The notes under the pieces are model-generated. The model did not search any database and had not been told where the DNA came from. It was given only the letters and a program-made list of their open reading frames with translations. The translations under genes and the position numbers were made by a program. DNA of 64,000 bases. Origin: Thermodesulfobacteriota bacterium (GTDB lineage Bacteria > Desulfobacterota_D > UBA1144 > Nemesobacterales > UBA2774). Each line of letters begins with the position of its first letter. Position 1 is the first letter of the stretch. Below, in pieces: positions 50,667 to 59,353 of this stretch. The stretch covers positions 11,960-75,959 of the forward strand of contig JBGSVA010000028.1 of assembly GCA_041753155.1 (NCBI GenBank), read 5' to 3'.

Positions 50667-50800
50667 TGCTGAGTAACTTCTTCTCCAAATACAAATACTA
50701 TCTTATAGGTGCCCTCTTAGTTTTCATCGTCCTTACCGTGGTATTGATTGTTTTTTCCACAGGGCCTCAGATGGGAGCGTTTAATTACCAGGTATTCTAG
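50666..50800 (+). CDS. Small single-TM membrane protein (44 aa), translationally coupled to the upstream SGNH gene (TAATG overlap)
   Basis: RBS AAGGAG 8 nt upstream. MLSNFFSKYKYYLIGALLVFIVLTVVLIVFSTGPQMGAFNYQVF. Below the 60-aa cutoff of the ORF track. Confidence 0.45.
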   Translation: MLSNFFSKYKYYLIGALLVFIVLTVVLIVFSTGPQMGAFNYQVF

Positions 50801-51169
50801 AATCTGATTCTCTTAGAATAACTATCTGTGCAGCAGAAGAGGACACTTTGCACTCACTTCACATGGATAGGATGAATCGAGAGTCCGCACAGATGATTTC
50901 ATAGGATTATTGTATAAACTCTAAATCACGCACCTAAGTATTTGTCCTGATTTCGCTTTATCTATAACTAAACAGGTTTTGCAATAGAAATACGCTGGAA
51001 CATAGAATGCTTTCGACCGATATTATGTAAGAGAGCTTGCTCTTTGGTGGCTGCATCATTTTTCTGTGTTAAGCGGGAAAACATCTTAGATATTGACTGA
51101 ACTACAGCTTCAATAGTAGTGACTTTTATTCGAAATTTTTGCAATGAGGATTACTAGAGGTTAATTGAT

Positions 51170-52288
51170 ATGCAGAAACGTAGGGATAAATTTTCCAGAA
51201 CTGTCCTAGTTTCCTTAATCGTAATAATTATTACGCTAATCGTTACATTGTTTTTTGCTGAAATTGCCTTGAGATTTTATCATTATGGACAGCTCTCGAT
51301 TGTTAAGAACGATGATGCCAGCCGTATAAAGCTTAATCGTTATGACGAAGAACTGGGCTGGACTAATATTCCTAATTTTGAAGGATATCTCTCAGACCCA
51401 AAAGAAAGCTTCAATGGATTTGTTAAATTCGATGAAAACGGAATTAGAGTGAACGATAATGACTTTAATGCCAAGGGTGAGGTGATATTAATGGTTGGTG
51501 GCTCAATAACCGGCGGTTTTGAAGTTGACAACAATGAAACATATTCAGCTGTTCTAGAAAGGCTATTTTTCGAAAATGGTTGCAATTATAGAGTTTATAA
51601 TGCCGGGGTAAATGGTTATGGGACCGACCAATCATTGTGGACATTAGAGCGACTGTTAAATATTATCCATCCTAAGTACGTCATTTATATGTTTAGCAGT
51701 GATGACTTCGTAAATAATAGGACTATAAAGATTTCGAATACTTTGTGGGGAAAACCAGCATTTTTATTGAGTAACGAGGAACTTGTTTTAATAAATAAAC
51801 CTCCGAAAGATGTTGAAATTTCTTATTATGCCTATATTAAATACACAGATGATGGCTATGATATCACTGAGGGATACATTAATGCAATAAACTTGACTAT
51901 AATGTCATTTATAAAAAGAAATTTTGCTCTGTATTATCCCTTAAGAAATATATCTACATATTTGAAAATTTCTCCAGAGAATAGAATGGAGGAAAAAGTT
52001 AGGCATGAAGACGTTAAGGTACTGGAACTTATTTTAAAACGCATGAATCAAGACGGTATCGAATTATTTGTTACATCGAACACAGGTAAAAGTGAGGTAG
52101 AATACATTGATGATTTGGTAATAATATCGGATGATCTTGGGATATCATACTTAAATATTTTTCCATTCTTCACCGAAGAACCGGGGATTTATCATTGGAA
52201 GACTGACAAACATTGGAATGAAAAAGGTCATCTCCAAGCGGCGACTGCGTTGTATGAGGTTCTGAATCCCCGCTTGTGCGAGCAATAG
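51170..52288 (+). CDS. Membrane-anchored SGNH/GDSL-family hydrolase, paralog C (block I is GGS instead of GDS)
   Basis: About 60% identical to paralog A. ILMVGGSITGGF, YNAGVNGYGTDQ, KTDKHWNEKGH. The last roughly 90 nt are nearly identical to the 3' end of paralog A. Confidence 0.75.
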   Translation: MQKRRDKFSRTVLVSLIVIIITLIVTLFFAEIALRFYHYGQLSIVKNDDASRIKLNRYDEELGWTNIPNFEGYLSDPKESFNGFVKFDENGIRVNDNDFNAKGEVILMVGGSITGGFEVDNNETYSAVLERLFFENGCNYRVYNAGVNGYGTDQSLWTLERLLNIIHPKYVIYMFSSDDFVNNRTIKISNTLWGKPAFLLSNEELVLINKPPKDVEISYYAYIKYTDDGYDITEGYINAINLTIMSFIKRNFALYYPLRNISTYLKISPENRMEEKVRHEDVKVLELILKRMNQDGIELFVTSNTGKSEVEYIDDLVIISDDLGISYLNIFPFFTEEPGIYHWKTDKHWNEKGHLQAATALYEVLNPRLCEQ

Positions 52289-52487
52289 ATAGAGCTGTTC
52301 AGAAAAACGTCTAAACATAAATATTCCGAATCCATCTTAAACTTTAGATTTAATCTCAATTATAGAGGAAACCGGATCCTTAGATACTGATACGATAAGT
52401 TTCTACAAATTTGGTCTATAATAATCTGCGTTTTTATTAAGGACTTCTAAATTCTGCGATCCTAGATATATTAGGAGATGAGGCAGC

Positions 52488-53792
52488 ATGAGGTCAGAGG
52501 CGACCGAGTTACTCGAAACAAGCGCCATGGAAAAATATACTTGTCCCGGATGTTACGAAAAGTCAGTATCGGTTTTTTATGAGGTCAGGGGCGTACCGGT
52601 ACACAGTGTTCTGCTTCTAGATACAAGGGGACAGGCACTAAAATATCCCACTGGGGAAATTATACTCGGGTTTTGTCAGTCGTGTGGATTTGTCTCGAAC
52701 TATGCATTTGACCCGAAGCTACATGAATATTCGCCGAAATATGAGTCTTCCCAGGCGTTTTCATCCACTTTTAACAGTTTCTCAAAACGCCTCGCTGAAC
52801 ATCTTGTCGAACGATATGATCTCCATAGTAAGAATATTATAGAGATAGGCTGCGGGCAGGGTGAGTTCATTCGTATTCTGGCGGAGCTCGGAGGTAATCA
52901 CGGCATAGGGTATGACCCGGCTTATGACGGCCGTCGAAGTTATAACAGTCCGGATGCTTCCTCTAACATCGTTACGCTTCCTAAGATAAGTGAGGGACCA
53001 TTGAATAAAGCTCATCCCGAATCTTGCAGGGGATGCGTAACTTTCGTTCCTGAATTTTATGGAGAGAAATCTCAAATACAAATTCCGCATTTTATATGCT
53101 GCAAAATGACGCTCGAGCATATTAAGAATACTTCTCATTTTATACATACTGTCAGGCAATCCCTGGGTGAACATAGCGATGCTGTCGTTTTTTTTCAAGT
53201 GCCGGATTTTACACGCATTATGGACGAGCTTGCATTTTGGGACATTTACTACGAGCATTGTTCATATTTCAGTCCTGGTTCTCTGGCCCATCTATTCCGT
53301 ATGAGCGGTTTTGAGGTAAAGGACATATGGACCGATTATGACGATCAATACCTTATGATAGAAGCCGGAACGAATGGAACCGGAGACGCAAATTCTTTAG
53401 CGATAGAAAATGATATCGGGGAGCTGAGAAGCAAAGTAGACTACTTTAAGAATAATTACAGGCAAAAGCTTGATGCCTGGAAACGGTATTTGAATGAAAT
53501 AAAGGTGAAGAATCTTAAAGCGGTTGTTTGGGGATCGAGCTCGAAAGGAGTCTCCTTTCTGACAACATTAAAGATTCAATATCATGAGTTGGAATACGTA
53601 GTGGATATAAACCCTTATAGACAGGGAAGCTATATTGCGGGTACCGGTCAAAGGATTGTTTCCCCCGAATTTATGACGGACTACAAACCCGACGTCGTTA
53701 TCGTGATGAATCCGGTTTATTATGACGAAATAAATCGTGTTCTCGAAGGGCTGAAATTAAAGCCCGAGATTGTTACTGTCAATGAGGTGTAG
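52488..53792 (+). CDS. Zinc-ribbon / SAM methyltransferase with a C-methyltransferase-type C-terminal domain, paralog 2
   Basis: RBS GGAGATGAGG. CPGCYEKS...CQSCGFVS. IIEIGCGQGEFIRIL (motif I). C-terminal AVVWGSSSKGVSFL...YVVDINPYRQGSYIAGTGQRIVSP...VVIVMNPVYYDEI. Confidence 0.75.
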   Translation: MRSEATELLETSAMEKYTCPGCYEKSVSVFYEVRGVPVHSVLLLDTRGQALKYPTGEIILGFCQSCGFVSNYAFDPKLHEYSPKYESSQAFSSTFNSFSKRLAEHLVERYDLHSKNIIEIGCGQGEFIRILAELGGNHGIGYDPAYDGRRSYNSPDASSNIVTLPKISEGPLNKAHPESCRGCVTFVPEFYGEKSQIQIPHFICCKMTLEHIKNTSHFIHTVRQSLGEHSDAVVFFQVPDFTRIMDELAFWDIYYEHCSYFSPGSLAHLFRMSGFEVKDIWTDYDDQYLMIEAGTNGTGDANSLAIENDIGELRSKVDYFKNNYRQKLDAWKRYLNEIKVKNLKAVVWGSSSKGVSFLTTLKIQYHELEYVVDINPYRQGSYIAGTGQRIVSPEFMTDYKPDVVIVMNPVYYDEINRVLEGLKLKPEIVTVNEV

Positions 53793-54142
53793 GAGTCTTA
53801 TTCTGCTCGGCTGTATATCTCGCACCGGATAAAAGTAAATCATCTCATGCGCGACCGTGTAAATAATTTGAATCCTTCCACTTTACAACTGCTAATTACT
53901 CGCCTGGATAAGCTGTATAAGGAATATCATCCTTCATAGTTAGCATATTCCGATTTCATATCTGTGGTATTAAAAAGATTATTTCAAAGCTGTCTACATG
54001 GAATGTATCTAATATTATGCCAAGTATTTATATTTGGTTTACCTCATTTTTCCTGTTATCTATGACGAATGGCTAATTAGAACACACTATTGCGTCAAGA
54101 AGATTAACTTTATTTCAAATATAATTTGTCGGGGAACGAGTC

Positions 54143-55321
54143 ATGATTATCAGATGCCCTATATGCAGATCTACCAATTATCTTAAGTTTCTGTCGATTA
54201 AACAAGTGCCTGTGCATTGCAATCTGATGTGTAAAGACCGTAATGCCGCCTTAAATGTGGATAAAGGTGATATTGATTTGACACTTTGCAGACAGTGCGG
54301 ACATGTATTTAATTCATCGTTCAATCCGGACTTTATGGAATACACAGGCAATTATGAAAATTCTTTACATTTTTCAGAAAGGTTCAGAGAGTATACGAAT
54401 TGGCTTGCAGAACAGTTAATTGAACGTTATTCGCTTTCTGATAAGAAAATAGTTGAAATAGGCTGCGGACAAGGGGATTTTTTAAAATTGATTTGTGAAA
54501 GGGGAGGGAATACTGGAATTGGATTTGATCCGAGTTACAGGCACGAAATGAACACGACGAGAAATCATCATTCTGTTAAGATTATAAATGACTATTTTTC
54601 AGACCGGTTAGCCGAACCGCAGGTGGATTTTATCATCTGTCGGCATGTACTCGAACATATATACTCCCCTATGAAATTCTTGAAAATGATAAACAGGACA
54701 GTTGATAATCGGGCAAATACAAAATTGTTTTTTGAGGTTCCGAGTTTGTTATGGACTCTCCGCGATCTTTCGATATGGGATATCATTTATGAGCATTATT
54801 CATACTTTAGCCCATATTCGCTAAGACAGTTATTTATTAGATGCGGTTTCTCAGTTCGTGGGATTTACGAAACGTACGAGAAGCAGTTTCTTTGTATTGA
54901 AGCTTCCAGGTCCTCGCATCGCAATGGTAAATTTAAGCTTGACCGCAATGGCATCAAGGATCTGGAAAATTATGCGAGTGAACTTAGTGAAAAATACAAA
55001 ACCAAGATTAGCGAATCAAAAAACTTACTAGCTGATTCAAAGCATGCTAAAAAGAAGACTGTATTATGGGGTGCGGGTTCCAAGGGGGTAACATTCTTAA
55101 ATCTACTGAATATTGGTAATCAAATCCGTTATGTTGTAGACATTAATCCTCGCAAGCAAGGTATGTATATTGCCGGTACCGGGCAAAAAATCGTAGGGCC
55201 GGCGTTTTTAAATATTTATAAACCGGATTGTATAATTGTTATGAATCCGATCTATATGAACGAGATTAAGCACTACACGAATAATGAGCTGGGATTATCT
55301 ATTGAGCTACATACTGTATAA
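54143..55321 (+). CDS. Zinc-ribbon / SAM methyltransferase with a C-methyltransferase-type C-terminal domain, paralog 3
   Basis: CPICRST...CRQCGHVF. IVEIGCGQGDFLKLI. TVLWGAGSKGVTFL...YVVDINPRKQGMYIAGTGQKIVGP...CIIVMNPIYMNEI. Confidence 0.75.
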   Translation: MIIRCPICRSTNYLKFLSIKQVPVHCNLMCKDRNAALNVDKGDIDLTLCRQCGHVFNSSFNPDFMEYTGNYENSLHFSERFREYTNWLAEQLIERYSLSDKKIVEIGCGQGDFLKLICERGGNTGIGFDPSYRHEMNTTRNHHSVKIINDYFSDRLAEPQVDFIICRHVLEHIYSPMKFLKMINRTVDNRANTKLFFEVPSLLWTLRDLSIWDIIYEHYSYFSPYSLRQLFIRCGFSVRGIYETYEKQFLCIEASRSSHRNGKFKLDRNGIKDLENYASELSEKYKTKISESKNLLADSKHAKKKTVLWGAGSKGVTFLNLLNIGNQIRYVVDINPRKQGMYIAGTGQKIVGPAFLNIYKPDCIIVMNPIYMNEIKHYTNNELGLSIELHTV

Positions 55322-55729
55322 TACGTATATCTTACTGCTGGCTGACTTGAGATATAACATCGAACCCAGTGTGAGTTAGGATATGCCCGAGCACAGCAAC
55401 AACGCCGCCTGCGCCGGTGCAGTAAGAATATTCGAATCTATCAGACACGAATCACATCTTGGGACAAGAATAATCCTTAACACCTTGACATCACAGTAAT
55501 AAATCACAGTAATAAATGGTTATAACTTTCATTTCTCTGAATAAGATTAGGCATTGTTTTCTTAAAATATTCAACAGATTTTTATAAGGGCATTACTCGG
55601 GTCGGAAAGGTATTACGTTTGGGACTTAGGGGCCGCTGATACGAGCCACGGCGCCAGGACGATGTTGAACGCTCGTCGGTATCAGTATTATGTAACTTTT
55701 GCTTTTGCTGATCATGGGTAAATACCTCG

Positions 55730-56386
55730 ATGAAATATCTTAGTAAAAATAGTTCAATTATAGACATGTCTAGAGGAAATCGAGTCTTGCATCTGGGCTG
55801 TATAGGATTTACTGATCTGGGAACTTCGGAAAGGGTCAATATGGCTAAAAAAACTCTTCATTGGTCACTTACTCAAATTGCTGATGTGGTGGGAGTTGAT
55901 TATAGCAAAGAGGAGATTGAGGAATATAATAGGTTGGGTATTTTCGACAATATCATTAATGGCAATGTGGAAAAATTGGATCGATTAAACCTCAAGGAAA
56001 AATTTGATGTTATAGTTGCCGGCGATATAATTGAACATATCGCTAACCCGGGTTTGATGCTGGAAGGGTTAAAACGGTTTTGCCATGCCAACACTCAATT
56101 GGTGTTAACAACTCCTAATGCTTTCGGTTTAGCCAACTATATAAGATATGCTATGGGACAATTTAGAGAAGGCAGGGAACACGTAATGACGTTTAATATC
56201 CAAAATATGGAAAACCTGCTAAGCAGATATAATTATACGATTGAGGAGGCAAATACTTGTTATCAACAGTGTGCAGAACGATTTGGCGTCTTGTTTACAA
56301 TTGGTAAAAAGTTTTTTGAAATTTTCCCGCGGCTTGGCGGCACTATATTTATTGTGGCCAAATTAAATGAAACAACAGAAAAGTGA
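55730..56386 (+). CDS. Class I SAM-dependent methyltransferase (Methyltransf_11/23-like)
   Basis: RVLHLGCIGF (motif I), FDVIVAGDIIEHIANP (motif II/III). Confidence 0.65.
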   Translation: MKYLSKNSSIIDMSRGNRVLHLGCIGFTDLGTSERVNMAKKTLHWSLTQIADVVGVDYSKEEIEEYNRLGIFDNIINGNVEKLDRLNLKEKFDVIVAGDIIEHIANPGLMLEGLKRFCHANTQLVLTTPNAFGLANYIRYAMGQFREGREHVMTFNIQNMENLLSRYNYTIEEANTCYQQCAERFGVLFTIGKKFFEIFPRLGGTIFIVAKLNETTEK

Positions 56387-56900
56387 TTATTCGATATACG
56401 ATCGGTTTACATCTACTCACGATGTCGGATTAAGGTGTCCGGAACTAAAGAATCGGTATAACTCTCGATTTGGACAATTTACTCTAACGCCCGTAATGCC
56501 GACATACTTGTAATATACAATTCGCTCTAGATCACATCGGTCGAGTATGTCTCTGTTATAGTACCGCTCTGACGGCCTATGAATATATCAATGCATACGT
56601 ATCGTGGGAAAATAAGACAGAAGGCCCGTATATATAGATATTAAGTATTATCTCACATGTAAAGGCTTTATTTTAGTTCTGAGGTGTTAAAACAGGCTTA
56701 CTTCAGTTGACGTTAACATCCTAGTATTTCAAATTCGCCACAGTCAAAATTCAAATAACACGATCAATCACTCTAAATGAATATAGCTGTTTCACACCCC
56801 TCTGGAACCCCGTGTCTGCATTGATAAAGTGACAAACCCGAGGTTTTCGCTATTATCGCAACGTAAAATAATTCAATATTAATAGGTGCTTTAACAATAC

Positions 56901-56946
56901 TCCGGCACTTCGACCTGTCGGGAAATTAGAATGCCGGATTTTTTTT
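56901..56946 (+). terminator. Rho-independent terminator-like hairpin (TCCGGCA..TGCCGGA) followed by a T8 run
   Basis: Seen directly in the sequence. It lies about 515 nt downstream of the nearest + gene stop (56386). Confidence 0.5.
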
Positions 56947-56949
56947 GCG

Positions 56950-56993
56950 TTTACAAAAAAAAGAGTAGGTATATAATTAAAACTGTGTATAAT
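56950..56993 (+). promoter_or_regulatory. Sigma70-like promoter candidate (TTTACA, 16-nt spacer, TATAAT; second TGTGTATAAT just downstream) ahead of the secreted-protein gene
   Basis: Hexamers read directly from the sequence. Usable only if the host uses sigma70-type -35/-10 elements. Confidence 0.3.
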
Positions 56994-57195
56994 TGCTGAA
57001 CAGAAATTAGATTTGCAGGCTGAAAAGGGCAAACTGCTAGAAATGGCAGGACGCAAAGCTTCTGGCCTAAATCGTGATTTCTCCCCTTACCATTTCATTT
57101 CGTTAACACGGGGATCGTCATGGACATGGCAGCAGGGTTACCGGCTTGGAGGTACCTCTTCAAGTCTGCAATTTCGGGATTAGAGGAGGAACCGA

Positions 57196-59340
57196 ATGTT
57201 CTTATCGTCCAACATATTTATAGCTATAATTAGATTATCAGCAGTTTTGTTGTTTATTTTTCTCAGTCCGTACAGTATCCGCGCTGCTGAATTCACCCTA
57301 GCATGGCAGGACAACTCAAACAACGAAGATGGCTTTAACGTTGAACGTGGATTAAGCGAGAGCGGTCCGTTCGATATAATTTCAACATTAGGACCCAATT
57401 CAACTTCTTACACCGATTCGTCAATATCTCAGAATATTAAATATTGCTACAAATTAACCGCCTTCAATATAAACGGCAACACCTCAAGCAGTGCTGTGTG
57501 TGCAACCCACCCTCCGGTTGAAGATGGCTCTAACCAGGCACATGGTGTCTTGCATGTTGATTTCGAAGTATATGGAGCAGGCGAAGACCCTGAGAATTGG
57601 AAAGATACAGAGAGACATAACAGTTTTAGGGAAGATCCCAACCTCTTTAAAACGAGAAATGTTGGAAATACTATCGCTTTCGGAACGGACTCCGGAGACC
57701 CGAATATCCACTCGCATTACATCGGCGAAGACGCACTTGGTTGGACGAACTATATCTACACCGGGAAGATGTTCATTTCGAACACAGACGCGGGGGTTGG
57801 GCCAACATTTTTCAGCCGTTATCCGGAAGAGCTCGATGTTTACTACCGGCTCAGAAGATATGCCCAGAGTCCCAAATTTCATATTGCTGCGCATGGTACT
57901 TCGGTTAAGGGGGATATAGATTCCGAGGTTAGCCCTGCTGCTGACAGTTGGTATAGATTCCATATCGAGGTAGAAGATACGGGGTCGCAGACGAATATCC
58001 GGGCAAAAATTTGGAAGGATGGGGAAGCGGAGCCCGAAGAGTTCCAGATTATAGCATATGATGACAGCGGGACGAGGATTACTTCCGGTACGATAGGTGT
58101 ATGGAGCATGGGTAATGGCTCCAAACTATTTGATGACCTGGGGGTCTCGAAGCTTAATCCGGACGGAAATGAGGTGCAGGTAAACAATCCGCCTATCGCA
58201 TCATTTGAAATGGACCCGTCGGGAACTGCACTAGCCGGGAAAACCGTAACGTTTGACGCATCAGGGAGTATTGACCCTGATGGTGACCCGTTAACCTACA
58301 CCTGGGACTTCGGGGACGGCTCTAATGCGGCCGGAGTAACTGCGAGCCATAAATTCGCTGATCCGGGAACTTTTGAGGTTTCATTAACGGCGAGTGACTC
58401 TAAGTTGTCTGATACCCTTATATCCACAATTACCATTGATCTTCCCGCCAATTCCGTCCCTGTGGCCGTAATTGCCGTTGAGCCCGGGACTTCAGCTCTG
58501 GCCGGGGAAACCCTGTATTTCGACGCTGGTGAGAGTAGCGATCCTGATGGTCATCCACTGGACTACACATGGGATTTCGGGGACGGAACTACCGCAACGG
58601 GCGCAGAGGTAAGCCACAGCTTTTCTGAGCCCGGCATCTACGAAGTGTTATTGATTGTCGATGACGGTCAATTGAATGATACTGAAATCATTGAAATAGC
58701 TATTGAAGAGCTGCCACAATCCATACTAGTTTCCGAAAATTTTGAGAATTATGAAGCGGGGAAAGACCCTGATTTCTGGATGGATACCGTAAGGCATAAC
58801 AGTTTCAGAGAAGACGCCAGCCTCTTTAAAACGAAAGCGGTCGGAAATAACATTGCCTTCGTAACAGACTCCGTAGACCCCAATATTCACTCGCATTACG
58901 ACGGCGACGGCGCACTTGATTGGACGAACTATATCTACACAGGGAGGATGTTCATTACGTCCACAGGGGGAGGAATAGGGGTTACTTTCAACAGTAAATT
59001 TCCATCTGGGAAAAATGTTTACTATCGTCTCAGGAGATATGAGCAAGAGCCCAAGTTCCATATAGCCCCGCACGGGACTTCGGTCAATGGAGATATAGAT
59101 TCCGAGGTTATACCCGTCGCCAATAGTTGGTATCGATTCCGTATAGAGGTCGAAGATACGGGAGCACAGACGAATATTCGAGCAAAGATTTGGAAGGATG
59201 GCGAAGAGGAGCCCATAGAGTTTCAGATAGACGCTTATGATGACAGCGGGACGAGAATCACTACGGGTACGGTAGGGGTTTGGAGCATGGGTAAAGGCTC
59301 CAAATACTTCGATGACCTGCAGGTAAGGCCAAGATTATAA
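57196..59340 (+). CDS. Secreted multidomain protein: signal peptide, FN3, LamG/DUF1080-like beta-sandwich, two PKD domains, second LamG/DUF1080-like domain
   Basis: RBS GGAGGA. Signal peptide ...LLFIFLSPYSIRA|AEF. PKD motifs TVTFDASGSIDPDGDPLTYTWDFGDGS and TLYFDAGESSDPDGHPLDYTWDFGDGT. The two roughly 215-aa domains are about 70% identical (...IRAKIWKDGEAEPEEFQIIAYDDSGTRITSGTIGVWSMG versus ...IRAKIWKDGEEEPIEFQIDAYDDSGTRITTGTVGVWSMG). Confidence 0.8.
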   Translation: MFLSSNIFIAIIRLSAVLLFIFLSPYSIRAAEFTLAWQDNSNNEDGFNVERGLSESGPFDIISTLGPNSTSYTDSSISQNIKYCYKLTAFNINGNTSSSAVCATHPPVEDGSNQAHGVLHVDFEVYGAGEDPENWKDTERHNSFREDPNLFKTRNVGNTIAFGTDSGDPNIHSHYIGEDALGWTNYIYTGKMFISNTDAGVGPTFFSRYPEELDVYYRLRRYAQSPKFHIAAHGTSVKGDIDSEVSPAADSWYRFHIEVEDTGSQTNIRAKIWKDGEAEPEEFQIIAYDDSGTRITSGTIGVWSMGNGSKLFDDLGVSKLNPDGNEVQVNNPPIASFEMDPSGTALAGKTVTFDASGSIDPDGDPLTYTWDFGDGSNAAGVTASHKFADPGTFEVSLTASDSKLSDTLISTITIDLPANSVPVAVIAVEPGTSALAGETLYFDAGESSDPDGHPLDYTWDFGDGTTATGAEVSHSFSEPGIYEVLLIVDDGQLNDTEIIEIAIEELPQSILVSENFENYEAGKDPDFWMDTVRHNSFREDASLFKTKAVGNNIAFVTDSVDPNIHSHYDGDGALDWTNYIYTGRMFITSTGGGIGVTFNSKFPSGKNVYYRLRRYEQEPKFHIAPHGTSVNGDIDSEVIPVANSWYRFRIEVEDTGAQTNIRAKIWKDGEEEPIEFQIDAYDDSGTRITTGTVGVWSMGKGSKYFDDLQVRPRL
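57590..59335 (+). repeat. Intragenic direct duplication of about 600 bp (about 57590-58190 and about 58770-59335), roughly 80% nt identity
   Basis: DNA-level alignment by eye of the two LamG-like domain coding segments, for example cattcactcgcattacgacggcgacggcgcacttgattggacgaactatatctaca against catccactcgcattacatcggcgaagacgcacttggttggacgaactatatctaca. Confidence 0.7.
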
Positions 59341-59353
59341 AGGGAGGAAAATA

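Noticed and set aside
55582-55839. Minus-strand 85-aa ORF overlapping the start of the methyltransferase gene
   Set aside because: Overlaps a well-supported + strand methyltransferase N-terminus and promoter region, and has no RBS.
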